Shown here: positions 10,357 to 20,024 of the stretch, in pieces | Layout of the letters: the number at the start of each line of letters is the position of its first letter | Numbering within the stretch: position 1 is the first letter of the stretch | DNA from: a virus | Taxonomy: Duplodnaviria > Heunggongvirae > Uroviricota > Caudoviricetes | Virus record (IMG/VR): IMGVR_UViG_3300013102_000004 | Span: 70,630-134,629 of that record | Length of the DNA: 64,000 bases | Direction: 5' to 3' (one strand) | Notes under the pieces: generated by a model | Told to the model about the DNA's origin: nothing | Databases searched by the model: none | The model's input: only the letters and a program-made list of their open reading frames with translations | Translations under genes and position numbers: made by a program

Positions 10357-10805
10357 TTTCCCTCATCGGCTTCGTCTTTATTACCAAGCTCCATTGAACC
10401 GGCAATTTCACAGACTCTAGCCATTGTAGGATAATCTAAGTGCTCTTCGACATAATCAATGTCGATTTCTGAAATCTTTTTCTTTCTAACATCTGTTACA
10501 CCCCATGCATTCAAGGCGATTACCGTGCCCTGTGCGAGAATGTCCAAGTATGTGTTTCCACCTTCAGCTTCTAGCTCTTCCTGAACGCGGTCATAAACCG
10601 TAGATTCGTCAAACAAAGGATTCTTCTTTTTAGCTTCCGCAACTTCATCTTCGATTCGCTTCTGAACTGCGCGCTGTTCCTTATCGTAATCCTTAAACAA
10701 GCCTGTCAAATTCTTAAGCTTTTTTATTGTAAGCTGCTTTGCTACAGTGCTGTCTTCGTTCTGGAACTCGATTACCTCTGAGTGGTAGTATTTCTTGTTA
10801 GCCAT
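10350..10805 (-). CDS. Tail assembly chaperone (short form)
   Basis: 151 aa between major tail and tape measure; ends GAG GGA AAA GAC TAG. Confidence 0.9.
   Translation of the reverse strand: MANKKYYHSEVIEFQNEDSTVAKQLTIKKLKNLTGLFKDYDKEQRAVQKRIEDEVAEAKKKNPLFDESTVYDRVQEELEAEGGNTYLDILAQGTVIALNAWGVTDVRKKKISEIDIDYVEEHLDYPTMARVCEIAGSMELGNKDEADEGKD
10356..10362 (-). other. Programmed -1 frameshift slippery site G GGA AAA
   Basis: In-frame GGGAAAA just before the chaperone stop; the classic actinophage chaperone slip site; the -1 frame stays open for about 57 codons. Confidence 0.85.
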
Positions 10806-10866
10806 TTGTTAAAGTGTTACCTTTCTGGTCGTTGTAAACATATATAAACTATATCACGTAGATAGC

Positions 10867-10904
10867 AAGAGAGGCAAATTAGATTGCTCTAATTTGCCTC
10901 TCTT
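10867..10904 (-). terminator. Hairpin after major tail gene
   Basis: 16-bp perfect IR AAGAGAGGCAAATTAG/CTAATTTGCCTCTCTT, weak U-tract. Confidence 0.7.
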
Positions 10905-10919
10905 ATAAGCTATTTGTTA

Positions 10920-11552
10920 TCAAGCGATCTTACGATCACGGATAACGCCGTAACCTGAACCAGTCTTGCTAGGATCAGGCAAGCAACGGAAGGAAACTGG
11001 AAGTGTAGTTGCTTCTGCCTTCTTTAGACCGTGTGTTGAAGCGTCAGTCTGAAGAACTCTACGAAGCAAGTAAACTCTTTCCTTTGTTACAAGGCTGTTG
11101 GTACGTGGACCTGGACCTACGAATGAAAGACTACGCTCGTGAGGGAACTCGTTTAGAGAACCACCGTCAAGACCAAGTTCAGATTCACCTGTTGCCAGAG
11201 TGTCACCGTCCCATGCTGAACCGGCAGTCTTCAAAGCTGTTGCCTTAAGACCCCATACGAACAAAAGGTTTTCAAGTGTAGCTTCAGTCAAAGTTGTCTT
11301 AACTGATACGGACTGCTTTGTCTTAAACAAAAGCGCCGCGTCAAGCAACTGGTCAACCTCTACGTCAGTGTACTCAGGTGAGTACTCAACCTCCACACCT
11401 TCCGATGTGAAGCCGATGTGCTTCCAACCCGCTGTTACGAACTGAGTTTCACTGGCTGGTTGCCCTGCTGTGAAAGTTGGAAGTGGAGAGCCTACTGGAC
11501 CGAAGTAAAGCGCTGCTGCACCCTGAATAATGTTATCTACTGTATATGCCAT
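10920..11552 (-). CDS. Major tail protein
   Basis: 210 aa, GFTSEGVEVEYSPEYTDVEVDQL motif, strong RBS AAAGGAG, upstream of chaperones. Confidence 0.92.
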   Translation of the reverse strand: MAYTVDNIIQGAAALYFGPVGSPLPTFTAGQPASETQFVTAGWKHIGFTSEGVEVEYSPEYTDVEVDQLLDAALLFKTKQSVSVKTTLTEATLENLLFVWGLKATALKTAGSAWDGDTLATGESELGLDGGSLNEFPHERSLSFVGPGPRTNSLVTKERVYLLRRVLQTDASTHGLKKAEATTLPVSFRCLPDPSKTGSGYGVIRDRKIA

Positions 11553-11683
11553 TTATTTCTTTGGAACTCCTTTCAAAAGTTATGTTTATACTCGTTACGA
11601 GTTGTTGCTAATTTTATTAGAACTAAATACGTGTTGTATCTTACCTGATATCAATTATATCAAAATAAGTAATTTTGCACAAA

Positions 11684-12217
11684 CTACGCACGCATTCCTT
11701 GTTGCACTCCCGGTTCTGAGATGATAGGCTTGACATACTCATATTCAATTTCGACTATGCCTCCGTATCTTCCCGCCTCCTGCTCTAGTGGCAATGGTCC
11801 TGCAACCTGTTCAAACTTGGTATGCAAGAAATGAAAAACCTTTTTGTCGTCCGGTTGTGCTGCATTCAATGCCTGAGCTGACCAGTCCGCGTGACTGAAC
11901 AAGTCTCTGATTGCATACATGATTTCAGCAACCTTCGCTGTCTTCGGACTGAAGATCGTGTATCTCAATGTCTCACAGTCGGAATAGACTTTGTTCTCTT
12001 CCTGGTTTAACTCAAAGTTATAGACGATGAATGCCGGTGCTCTTTCTGGTGTTGGACTAGAAGCGTCTTTCAGTTCCGGCGTTTGACCGGCTGGCGTCAT
12101 GCTTGGTTGTGCTTGTCCCTTAATGATAATGGTTTTGTCCATTACGCCTTCCACCTCTAAGAAGTTTCTGACGTATTCGTTCACTACCGAATAAGGGTTG
12201 TGTGAGTACTTACTCAT
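11684..12217 (-). CDS. Tail terminator / tail completion protein
   Basis: 177 aa immediately upstream of major tail; assigned by synteny. Confidence 0.6.
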   Translation of the reverse strand: MSKYSHNPYSVVNEYVRNFLEVEGVMDKTIIIKGQAQPSMTPAGQTPELKDASSPTPERAPAFIVYNFELNQEENKVYSDCETLRYTIFSPKTAKVAEIMYAIRDLFSHADWSAQALNAAQPDDKKVFHFLHTKFEQVAGPLPLEQEAGRYGGIVEIEYEYVKPIISEPGVQQGMRA

Positions 12218-13018
12218 TTATTTTCCCCTTCCGTGTCTTGTCATTTGCTTCTCAATAGCGGCAATCATTTCCTTGGCTCTACGTGTAGCCTCTGGTGTCT
12301 CGTCTCTATTGATCTGCGACTTGTAATTTTGTATACGTGTCTTAGCTGCTTTAACTCTCGCTGAACGTACCGCGAAACTTTCGCCCAAGAACTTGGCTAC
12401 ATCTTCCATATTTTCCTGACCGATGCTGCCCCACCACAAATTGAAAGCATTCTGGAAGTTGTTCTTGAACTTTCCCATACCCGCTGGCTGTGGTCCCGTT
12501 GGCTTCTTTGTGAAGATTAGATTGCCTTTAGGATTTTTCTTGGATACGCTTTGCCCAAGAGTCTCTTCATACACTAAGAATGTTTTCTTAGGCTTGATAG
12601 TTACTTCCTCCGCATTTTCAAGCATCCTGGCCTTTTTGATGAATACGTGTCTGGATACCTGCTTTTGAGTCTTCGGAGTCAAAGGAACCTTTCTACGAGA
12701 GTCAATGAATGTGACACCGACATAACGAGAGCTGTTGTTGCCCGTCATGAATGTCTTCCAAAGTCTCGTGCCGATACCCTGGTGTGTTGATCCCCATTCA
12801 AACATGTGCTGGACACCGATGCTGCTTGTGTTTGCATCGGTAGCTGCTTTACCTGCCATGAATTTGTTAAATGCTTTGTCAGATACATCAAATGAAGTCT
12901 TCATCAATGAGTTTGTGAGCGCACCCTTTCTGACCATCTCTGTAGCGATCCAGAGAGTCTTCAGGTGAACTCGTGCATCATATGTATCTACAACGCTCTC
13001 TAACTTAGGGGAAACCAC
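12218..13018 (-). CDS. Neck / tail completion protein (basic)
   Basis: 266 aa Lys/Arg-rich in head-tail block; assigned by synteny. Confidence 0.5.
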   Translation of the reverse strand: MVSPKLESVVDTYDARVHLKTLWIATEMVRKGALTNSLMKTSFDVSDKAFNKFMAGKAATDANTSSIGVQHMFEWGSTHQGIGTRLWKTFMTGNNSSRYVGVTFIDSRRKVPLTPKTQKQVSRHVFIKKARMLENAEEVTIKPKKTFLVYEETLGQSVSKKNPKGNLIFTKKPTGPQPAGMGKFKNNFQNAFNLWWGSIGQENMEDVAKFLGESFAVRSARVKAAKTRIQNYKSQINRDETPEATRRAKEMIAAIEKQMTRHGRGK

Positions 13019-13441
13019 TTAGTTTCTAACCTCTGATCGTGAAAGCGTCACTAGAAACTCACTTGGCTTGCCTGTCAAAGGATTAACGATTGGGGCGCAA
13101 CCGTCTACATCGAACATTGTTGGCAAACCATCTGATTCGTCATCTACCCATAGGACTAATCCAGTCTTGGCGTTTCTGACATTGGTTACTCTATCTCTTT
13201 TACCTAAAGCTGTACTAGCCTTCAATCGTGCGTAATCGAGATTCTTGTAAATGTCATCGAACGTTTCAGTTGAACCAGCACCACGAATACCGCCGCCCAA
13301 ATATGGGATAACAATACACTTTATGGTTCTGGTTTTTGTCCAGTGACGATCTGTCTCAAGTGACTCTGGATCGTAGGTATGGCTTTCTGTATATACGTCT
13401 GCGAGCATTGTGTAAGCTGCTGCGGCAAGGCATGACACCAT
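13019..13441 (-). CDS. Head-to-tail stopper
   Basis: 140 aa predicted beta-rich, follows adaptor; assigned by synteny. Confidence 0.6.
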   Translation of the reverse strand: MVSCLAAAAYTMLADVYTESHTYDPESLETDRHWTKTRTIKCIVIPYLGGGIRGAGSTETFDDIYKNLDYARLKASTALGKRDRVTNVRNAKTGLVLWVDDESDGLPTMFDVDGCAPIVNPLTGKPSEFLVTLSRSEVRN

Positions 13442-14323
13442 TTACACCACTCCGTACAAGAACAGACGATACGGTGCAAGAATTTGATCTGCAATTGGAT
13501 TTCCTGTGCTGTCAATGTATGCGTTGTCATGAAACTCGATACGCATATCGTTGTTACGAATGTTGTCGATATATCTTCTGCGGTACTCAATATCATCACA
13601 CAAGAATCCCTTGGCTAGCTCTAGGGCTGCCTGGTTAACTCCTGATGGAATAGTGCTGTATCCCCACAGACCTTCGACCGTGTAATTAGTGATTGCAGAC
13701 TTTCCGTGCAGGAATGATACTGTTCTATCTCTGTCTGGATTGTAAATAGCTTTACCCGAATCAGAAATGATGAACCCTGTTAAAGGTGACCACTGATTCG
13801 GGATTAGCTTTGATCCTACGTTGATTGCGCTAAGCTTCTCTAGGTTCTCATGCAGTTGTATGTTTCCTGCCTCGCCTTGTACGATCTGAGTGCCGAACCA
13901 GCTATTGAACGTCTGATTACAGTAGGACTCAATTACTTTACGCACATCTGTTTCAATGAATGTAAACGTCTGATAGTCTACTTCCATTCCTAGCCCAAGC
14001 ATGGCATTCAGTTCCTCGAAATCCATCAAGCGACGGGCAATATCATATGTCTTGTATTGCTCCATAACTCCGAAGTCTGGTAGCTCATACGTAATATTCA
14101 TAGCTGCGTAACGCTTGTGTTGCAATAGGTTCTGAGGAACGGGAATGTCGTACTCCCCGTTGTCAATCTCGTTAGCTGTCAAAACAGCCACTTCCAATAA
14201 ATCATTCTTGTCATTACCCGCCAATAATTGGACGGTCGGAGTTGCCAAAGGCAATGTTGGTCTGCCTTGAACTGCTGTAACGAGTCTGACTAGATTGGGT
14301 TCTGAGCTATATAGTTCTCTCAT
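13442..14323 (-). CDS. Head-to-tail adaptor
   Basis: 293 aa; IESYCNQTF, VEGLWGYSTIPSGVNQAALEL and TGNPIADQILAPYR motifs typical of gp15-like adaptors. Confidence 0.8.
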   Translation of the reverse strand: MRELYSSEPNLVRLVTAVQGRPTLPLATPTVQLLAGNDKNDLLEVAVLTANEIDNGEYDIPVPQNLLQHKRYAAMNITYELPDFGVMEQYKTYDIARRLMDFEELNAMLGLGMEVDYQTFTFIETDVRKVIESYCNQTFNSWFGTQIVQGEAGNIQLHENLEKLSAINVGSKLIPNQWSPLTGFIISDSGKAIYNPDRDRTVSFLHGKSAITNYTVEGLWGYSTIPSGVNQAALELAKGFLCDDIEYRRRYIDNIRNNDMRIEFHDNAYIDSTGNPIADQILAPYRLFLYGVV

Positions 14324-14709
14324 TTGTAGTAACTTTGAATTTCCTTTCGATTGGCGATATGAAATCCGCTGTACGCCTGGATCAATTCAATTGCATCATC
14401 TTTCGGCATAGGAACGAACTTACGCGTACCGGAAAATCTATAATCCTTCCAAACGAACACTGGATTCGTACGGGTCATACAGACAACTACGTCTCCCTCA
14501 ACTACCGGGTTTTCCTGATCCTCGTACTCTTTTACATCTAGCTTATTTTCTTTCTTCTCTTCGTAAGCCTTCAACTTACGATTGTCTATTCCGTGGCGAC
14601 CAAGCTCTAAAAGAAGTTCCTTTTTGTTTGCCTCATCAGGCACCGGAATCTGGAACTCCTCAAATACTTTCTTGACTTCTGCTACGCTTCGACTTGATAA
14701 TGCTTTCAT
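14320..14709 (-). CDS. Hypothetical virion-morphogenesis protein
   Basis: 129 aa, ATGA overlap with adaptor gene. Confidence 0.6.
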   Translation of the reverse strand: MKALSSRSVAEVKKVFEEFQIPVPDEANKKELLLELGRHGIDNRKLKAYEEKKENKLDVKEYEDQENPVVEGDVVVCMTRTNPVFVWKDYRFSGTRKFVPMPKDDAIELIQAYSGFHIANRKEIQSYYK

Positions 14710-14713
14710 AAAT

Positions 14714-15121
14714 CTATTTTACCTTAATCTCTCTTGTAGTTGCAACTGATCTTTGTAAATAAATTGCAGCACTAAGCAATAGTGCCTGATTGTCTTTGAA
14801 TAATCCTAGTCCGATATTACAGTCTCTACAGAGCACTCCCCGCCACTCTCCTGACTCGTGGTCATGATCAAGTTGTGGGCTTATTAGTTCTATTCCACAA
14901 ATCATGCAATCTGGACCGAAGTCTTCTAACATCTGTAGCCTGTCACGGCCTTTGAGTTTAATGATTTCACCGTTGTTCATTTCATAGTGACGAACATTAG
15001 TTTCCGCATGACCTCTTGGACAGACACCGCCCTGATTCACCCTTACGATGGTTACAGGGCCGCATATTTCACACTTAGCTTCTCTTTTCGCTAAATCTTT
15101 CTCGGATAATCTGTGTTGCAT
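14714..15121 (-). CDS. Endonuclease VII-family (His-Me finger) nuclease, possibly homing
   Basis: CEICG...CMICG...LDHDHESGEWRGVLCRDCNIGLG matches Endo VII DHDH...RGxLCxxCN. Confidence 0.9.
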   Translation of the reverse strand: MQHRLSEKDLAKREAKCEICGPVTIVRVNQGGVCPRGHAETNVRHYEMNNGEIIKLKGRDRLQMLEDFGPDCMICGIELISPQLDHDHESGEWRGVLCRDCNIGLGLFKDNQALLLSAAIYLQRSVATTREIKVK

Positions 15122-15141
15122 TTATCTATAATACCACGAAA

Positions 15142-15170
15142 GGCCCTTAGAGAGTTTATCTCTAAGGGCC
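15142..15170 (-). terminator. Rho-independent terminator after major capsid gene
   Basis: 11-bp IR GGCCCTTAGAG/CTCTAAGGGCC followed by TTT on the minus strand. Confidence 0.8.
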
Positions 15171-15185
15171 GATCATGTTAAAGAC

Positions 15186-16202
15186 TTACGCCTGGATAAC
15201 TGGGATGTTGTCGATGACAACAACAGCATCTAGGTTCTGCCATGCGATACCTACACGGAAGAACATTGTGTATTCAATGGTATCCTTCTTAACGCTGTAT
15301 TCGCGGTACAAACGAATATCTCTCTGTACACCCCAAATACGGTTGCTTGGCTTTGTTAGCTCAAGGTAAGAAGTTGTGTCATCACCAAGTGATGTACCAG
15401 TCTGGCTGTTGTACTCGTTGAAGTCCGTTGCGAACATTGGAACTTCACGGATAGCTACACCGAATGGACGTACTGGTGAATCACCGGCTGGACCCTGAGG
15501 ACCAGTTGCCTTGCCTAGTGCCTGTAGAACAATCTCGTTAGGGACGTTACCCATTTCAGACTGATTGAACATGTAATCCTGTAGCAACTGTGTAGAAGCA
15601 TAGAATCTCAAGTCATTTCTACGGCCATACTTCGGAGCTACTGCACTTAGAGCGCGGTGGAAGTCTGCTCTGTTAAGACCGACTGTTGGTCCACCAACGT
15701 GCTGAAGAACACGGCCACCGTTGATAGCCTGCTTGTGCCAACCATCGAATGTCTTCAATAGTGGATCAGAGCTAGTAGTGTCACCATTAATAGCCAAATC
15801 CTCCATATCCTGTCCGAACTGATTAGCGAACAAACGTGCTAGGTGCTGGTCAAGATTCTGACCCTCCACGTTATCTTCTAGGGACTCTGTTGAAAGTTCC
15901 CAGTCAAGACGAACCTTAGATGTACGGATTGAAACCTTGCTGAATGAAGGATGCACGTTCTTACCTGTGTCAATCGCTTCAAGTGCGCTACGTGCGATAC
16001 GTGCGCCAACAGCTACGGCTGTCCATTCCTCTTCTGGTGCGTTCATGATACGAGTTTCTGATTCCTTAGCTAGAACGGTTGCGTCCCAGGCGTAAGAAAT
16101 AAAGCTCTCGGCTTGCTTCTTTGAAAGAAAACCATCACCTGCTACGCCTGTTCCCAGGTTCGTAGAAGTAATAACCTTCTGTAAAATGCTTTCGTTACTC
16201 AC
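15186..16202 (-). CDS. Major capsid protein (HK97 fold)
   Basis: 338 aa, GTG start, RBS AAAGGAG; KVRLDWELSTESLEDNVEG...DLAINGD motif; downstream of protease. Confidence 0.93.
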   Translation of the reverse strand: MSNESILQKVITSTNLGTGVAGDGFLSKKQAESFISYAWDATVLAKESETRIMNAPEEEWTAVAVGARIARSALEAIDTGKNVHPSFSKVSIRTSKVRLDWELSTESLEDNVEGQNLDQHLARLFANQFGQDMEDLAINGDTTSSDPLLKTFDGWHKQAINGGRVLQHVGGPTVGLNRADFHRALSAVAPKYGRRNDLRFYASTQLLQDYMFNQSEMGNVPNEIVLQALGKATGPQGPAGDSPVRPFGVAIREVPMFATDFNEYNSQTGTSLGDDTTSYLELTKPSNRIWGVQRDIRLYREYSVKKDTIEYTMFFRVGIAWQNLDAVVVIDNIPVIQA

Positions 16203-16308
16203 TTATTTGAACTCCTTTCTAAAAGTTTATTTTGTGTTTTTTCATATAAGTGTTCGGGTAAGATACTCTTATACTGTCGTTCTATTTGTTCTTATTAAGT
16301 TTTTTTTA

Positions 16309-17415
16309 TTATGCGTATCTAGAAGAGAAAACGCCTAGGAAAGGCTCATCCTCTGTTGGCTCTAGTACTGGCTCATCTGTAGCATCCAAGCTCTTCTTAA
16401 TTGCTGAGTTGCTTGTCACTGCATCGAGACGCTTTTCAGTAGTCTTTAGACCCTCTTCAATAGAAGCGATCTTGGCCTTTAGCTCACTGATTGGTGCTTC
16501 GAATTGCTTCTGTGCATCCTCTAGTGAACTGAAACGAGAATCAAATTCCTTCTTAACTTCGTCAAGCTGTAGTGAAACAGTCTCTCCGACACTCTTTGCT
16601 ACGGACTCATTCTGACCCGCGATCTGAGCGCTAAGATTCGCTAGAACTTCTTCTAGTGAAGGCTTTGCTTCTGCCTTTGCTGGCTCTTCGGCTGGTGCCT
16701 CTTGAACCTCTTCTGCTACAGGCTCTACAACTGCCTCTTCGGTGTTTTCAACCTCTGAAACCTCTGCTGGGTCTGTGCTCTTGTTAATTTCTTCTGCCAT
16801 TTTTGGGAAATCTCCTTTCGTTTGGATTTCAAGTACCTTTTGAATAGTGCCATACAAACCCATCGGGTTTGCGACGGATTCATCTCCGTCCACTGACTTG
16901 TAAATTGTGTGAACATTAGCCAAGTGATTTGCTGGACTATCTACCAAGCTAAGCTCAGTAAGTTGATATTCCTTGATCACCTGTACAGTTTTTCCGATAT
17001 CTTCACGGTATTCTGGTTCTGTACGCTTTACTGCTCCACCGATACTGAAACCTGAAAGAGTGCCGTCAAGACACTTTTGCCAAACTCCCGGTTCTGAGTC
17101 AGATACCGCAACAGCGACCTGAATGCCTGAATATTCCTTTTGTGTTTCTGCGTCAAAATACGTAGCTGGTGCTAAGTCAACAACCTTGCCGACTGGACGT
17201 AGCTTATCGTGCATTAAACGCACATTACCTCTGAAGTTTTCGAATGCCTTCTGGCTTGCTTCAGCGGTGATAACATCATTAGTTAGATCAACATTATCAA
17301 GAGTTGCAAAACCAATAACTAAACGTTGGTGTTCTGCATCCTTTTGAATATCGACCGGTACATTTAGCTTATTAGCCTTATGACCACTATCTAAAAACTT
17401 CTGCATGTTACTCAT
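16309..17415 (-). CDS. Prohead protease with C-terminal scaffold-like domain
   Basis: GFATLDNVD..VRLMH..LSGFSIGG..ELSLVDSPAN (HK97-type protease); acidic/coiled-coil C-terminus. Confidence 0.9.
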   Translation of the reverse strand: MSNMQKFLDSGHKANKLNVPVDIQKDAEHQRLVIGFATLDNVDLTNDVITAEASQKAFENFRGNVRLMHDKLRPVGKVVDLAPATYFDAETQKEYSGIQVAVAVSDSEPGVWQKCLDGTLSGFSIGGAVKRTEPEYREDIGKTVQVIKEYQLTELSLVDSPANHLANVHTIYKSVDGDESVANPMGLYGTIQKVLEIQTKGDFPKMAEEINKSTDPAEVSEVENTEEAVVEPVAEEVQEAPAEEPAKAEAKPSLEEVLANLSAQIAGQNESVAKSVGETVSLQLDEVKKEFDSRFSSLEDAQKQFEAPISELKAKIASIEEGLKTTEKRLDAVTSNSAIKKSLDATDEPVLEPTEDEPFLGVFSSRYA

Positions 17416-17465
17416 TGTAAATTATTATACCATATCCCTTTCTAGTGACACAAATCAACAAATAA

Positions 17466-17858
17466 TTATTTTTCTTTCTTGAAATGTGTCCGTAAATTTG
17501 CGGATACAAAGATGCTATAAACTGCTACTCCACCCATGAGAATCCAAAGGTTTGCGTGCATATCTCCGAAGAATGCTAAGCCCGACATAACCGACCAAAG
17601 CACACCATTGATTGCCATTGGAAAACTCAGTTGTGATGGCTCTCCCCTTTTTTGAATAATCACTAAGATTGCACCGAGAACGAAACATGCTATTCCCCAC
17701 ACGAATCCAATGTCATAGAAGTTGAGATACGCTACAGGCTCAGTAGCACCCGGCAATAAAGCCCAAGCACCATACAGCACATTCAACGCTCCGAGAAGAA
17801 CGCAAAGGTGCGGATTGATTGGTGCTAGTAACGAGTCCCACAGATTTCTTTTAGCCAT
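17466..17858 (-). CDS. Membrane protein, about 4 TM helices (holin candidate)
   Basis: 130 aa, four hydrophobic stretches, basic C-terminus (RTHFKKEK). Confidence 0.5.
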   Translation of the reverse strand: MAKRNLWDSLLAPINPHLCVLLGALNVLYGAWALLPGATEPVAYLNFYDIGFVWGIACFVLGAILVIIQKRGEPSQLSFPMAINGVLWSVMSGLAFFGDMHANLWILMGGVAVYSIFVSANLRTHFKKEK

Positions 17859-17907
17859 TTTTATACCTATGTCTTATTATACTACATTTCGTATAGCTAA
17901 GCTAAGT

Positions 17908-17941
17908 AAAGGGCTAAGAGTTTGTTTTCTCTTAGCCCTTT
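17908..17941 (-). terminator. Terminator after portal
   Basis: 13-bp IR AAAGGGCTAAGAG/CTCTTAGCCCTTT. Confidence 0.75.
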
Positions 17942-17944
17942 AGC

Positions 17945-19723
17945 TTATTTCTGTTGTCTCCCCGAACCGGCTGAAGCTCTGGACTTCGTTGCTCCGGTTC
18001 CGTCAGTCTTGTTGGCACTTCTATCCGCATCACGCGTACGTGACTTGTTAGCTGTAGCCTTCTGAGCTGACGCTGCCTTACCTGCTGCTCCACCTGTGCT
18101 GGCGGCTGCTGCTGGCTTCGCTGCGGCTGTCGCCTTAGCTGCTGCTGCATTTGTCTTAGCTTGCTTCTCAGCGCTTGCCAACTGTTCCTTTTGTAGGCTT
18201 GCAGTTGATTCAAGTGCCTTGTCTGCCATAGACTTTGCGTCAACAGGCTCGTCACCCTTGCCGTCAGGACGTGGACCTTCGCCCAGTTCTGTACGAACTT
18301 CGTCAGGCAAAAGAGCACCCAAACGTAGGTAACGTTCGTGAATCTGTGACTTCTCGTTTTCGTCTGTAAGTGTGTACTCTGTAAATCTAAATACAAATAG
18401 ATCAGTAAGTTCACGGAAGACCTTGGCTAGCTTCTTTTCTAGAAGTCTTTGCTCCGGTCCACAGACTGTTTGCTTGAAAATCTTGTTGGCATCTCTAGAG
18501 TCACCAATACCAGTACCACCAGTCATACCAAGTCTATTGGCTGGAACACGGTGTCTCGCAAGGATATGCGAAGTGTTCTGGTTAACCCACTCTACGAAAC
18601 CGGCTTCCTGCTTTTTGGTCTCAATAGGGTGGAATTCAATCTCCGCGTTCACACTTGGCAACGGGATGATGACTGAACGGTGGTGCTTGCCCTGCTGTGT
18701 AGTCTCAAACATACGCAAAATGTCTTGGTAGACAGCCTTTGTGATGCTTGCACCCTTCACAGTGATGAAGTATCTAGGGATTGCCTTGTGCTCAAAGAAG
18801 TCAATGTTAAACTTGTTTGAGAACTCGATACCGGCGATATTATCAGTGGAACTGATGATTTCTGGGATACCGTAGTAGTTGTTTGTCGGACTGTAGTTCT
18901 TGTAGTGAATAATCTCGTTAGGCTGAGGATCAATACCGAACGGATCACGAGTCTTTTTGTCTCCGAAGTTACGGAAAAAGATCGGTTGATCGCCCTGATA
19001 CTGTACGAACCCATCACGAATTCTACGCACGCGCATGTGAACTGAGGGAATGTGACCGATGTAGCCAATTCTTCCGTCCTTGGTGCGAGAGATTTCGAAA
19101 TATCCATTTCCTGTAGTGAAACGGTCCTTCAATACCTTTGCGATAACTTCTTCAAAGCTATCCTGCTTATTCATCTTGTCAAGTGCGTCATCAAGAGCAA
19201 ACTTGTCATCAATCAAGTTCTCTTCCGTCTTGTTACGCTTTTCTTCGTCCTTGGCTGCTGCGCGCTGGCGAATCTTATCTGCCTTGCGGCTGTAATCCCA
19301 CCAATGCCCTAGTCCTGCAATGTTATCAATCTTAGCGTCTACCGATGCTGCGTGGATTGCGCTAGTCTCATATAACTTTGCTAGATACTCTTGACTGTAA
19401 GGAACTTCAACACAGCCTGTAATGCCGTACATTGAGAACTTGTCGCCCTCTACGTACTGCTTAGACCCTGCTGTTCCTTCCTCATTTTCATATGCCTTGA
19501 TCAGACGATTGTTTACCGCGTCAAGACGCTTGAATAAACGCTTAGTCAATGCCGCATTAGGCGTCTTGATAGCGCTTTCGTCAAACTTCTTTAAGAAAAT
19601 GTCAGTGCTGGCATCCTTGACGGACTCTTTAGTCTCCGTAAGAAGGAAAACCTTCTTAATTTCGGGAAGAACGTCCTCTACAGTGATTTCCTTTTCTGGA
19701 TCATTGTCTTCTAAGGTGAGCAT
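17945..19723 (-). CDS. Portal protein
   Basis: TTGNGYFEI..HIPSVHMRV..EIIHYKNYSPTNNYYGIP..ILARHRVP..GALLPDEVR (PBSX/HK97-like portal); start set at ATG 19723 with RBS GGAAGGA; Ala/Lys-rich tail. Confidence 0.93.
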   Translation of the reverse strand: MLTLEDNDPEKEITVEDVLPEIKKVFLLTETKESVKDASTDIFLKKFDESAIKTPNAALTKRLFKRLDAVNNRLIKAYENEEGTAGSKQYVEGDKFSMYGITGCVEVPYSQEYLAKLYETSAIHAASVDAKIDNIAGLGHWWDYSRKADKIRQRAAAKDEEKRNKTEENLIDDKFALDDALDKMNKQDSFEEVIAKVLKDRFTTGNGYFEISRTKDGRIGYIGHIPSVHMRVRRIRDGFVQYQGDQPIFFRNFGDKKTRDPFGIDPQPNEIIHYKNYSPTNNYYGIPEIISSTDNIAGIEFSNKFNIDFFEHKAIPRYFITVKGASITKAVYQDILRMFETTQQGKHHRSVIIPLPSVNAEIEFHPIETKKQEAGFVEWVNQNTSHILARHRVPANRLGMTGGTGIGDSRDANKIFKQTVCGPEQRLLEKKLAKVFRELTDLFVFRFTEYTLTDENEKSQIHERYLRLGALLPDEVRTELGEGPRPDGKGDEPVDAKSMADKALESTASLQKEQLASAEKQAKTNAAAAKATAAAKPAAAASTGGAAGKAASAQKATANKSRTRDADRSANKTDGTGATKSRASAGSGRQQK

Positions 19724-20000
19724 CTGGTGTCCTTCCGGCAAGCAATTCTGCCTCTTGCTCTTCGTATTCCTCGTCTGAAACCTTTAGAGCCTTTTCCCAT
19801 ACGGCTTGACCGTCAGAAAATCCCGCATCGGCAGCGGCACGTGCCATTGCTGCCATTACGGTAATGTCGCCTCTAAAGCCATTACAGCTGAGCATTCTTC
19901 GTTCTGTATCCGCGAGGTAATTTCCGTTCGGAAGTCTCCACAAGAAAACTCCGTAACCATCTTGTTCTTGAACTTTCATACCTGTACGTGTTAATTTCAT
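19701..20000 (-). CDS. Hypothetical protein upstream of portal
   Basis: 99 aa with extended -10 promoter 6 nt upstream of ATG. Confidence 0.7.
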   Translation of the reverse strand: MKLTRTGMKVQEQDGYGVFLWRLPNGNYLADTERRMLSCNGFRGDITVMAAMARAAADAGFSDGQAVWEKALKVSDEEYEEQEAELLAGRTPDAHLRRQ

Positions 20001-20024
20001 TAAGTTATTGTACCATACCTTTCT

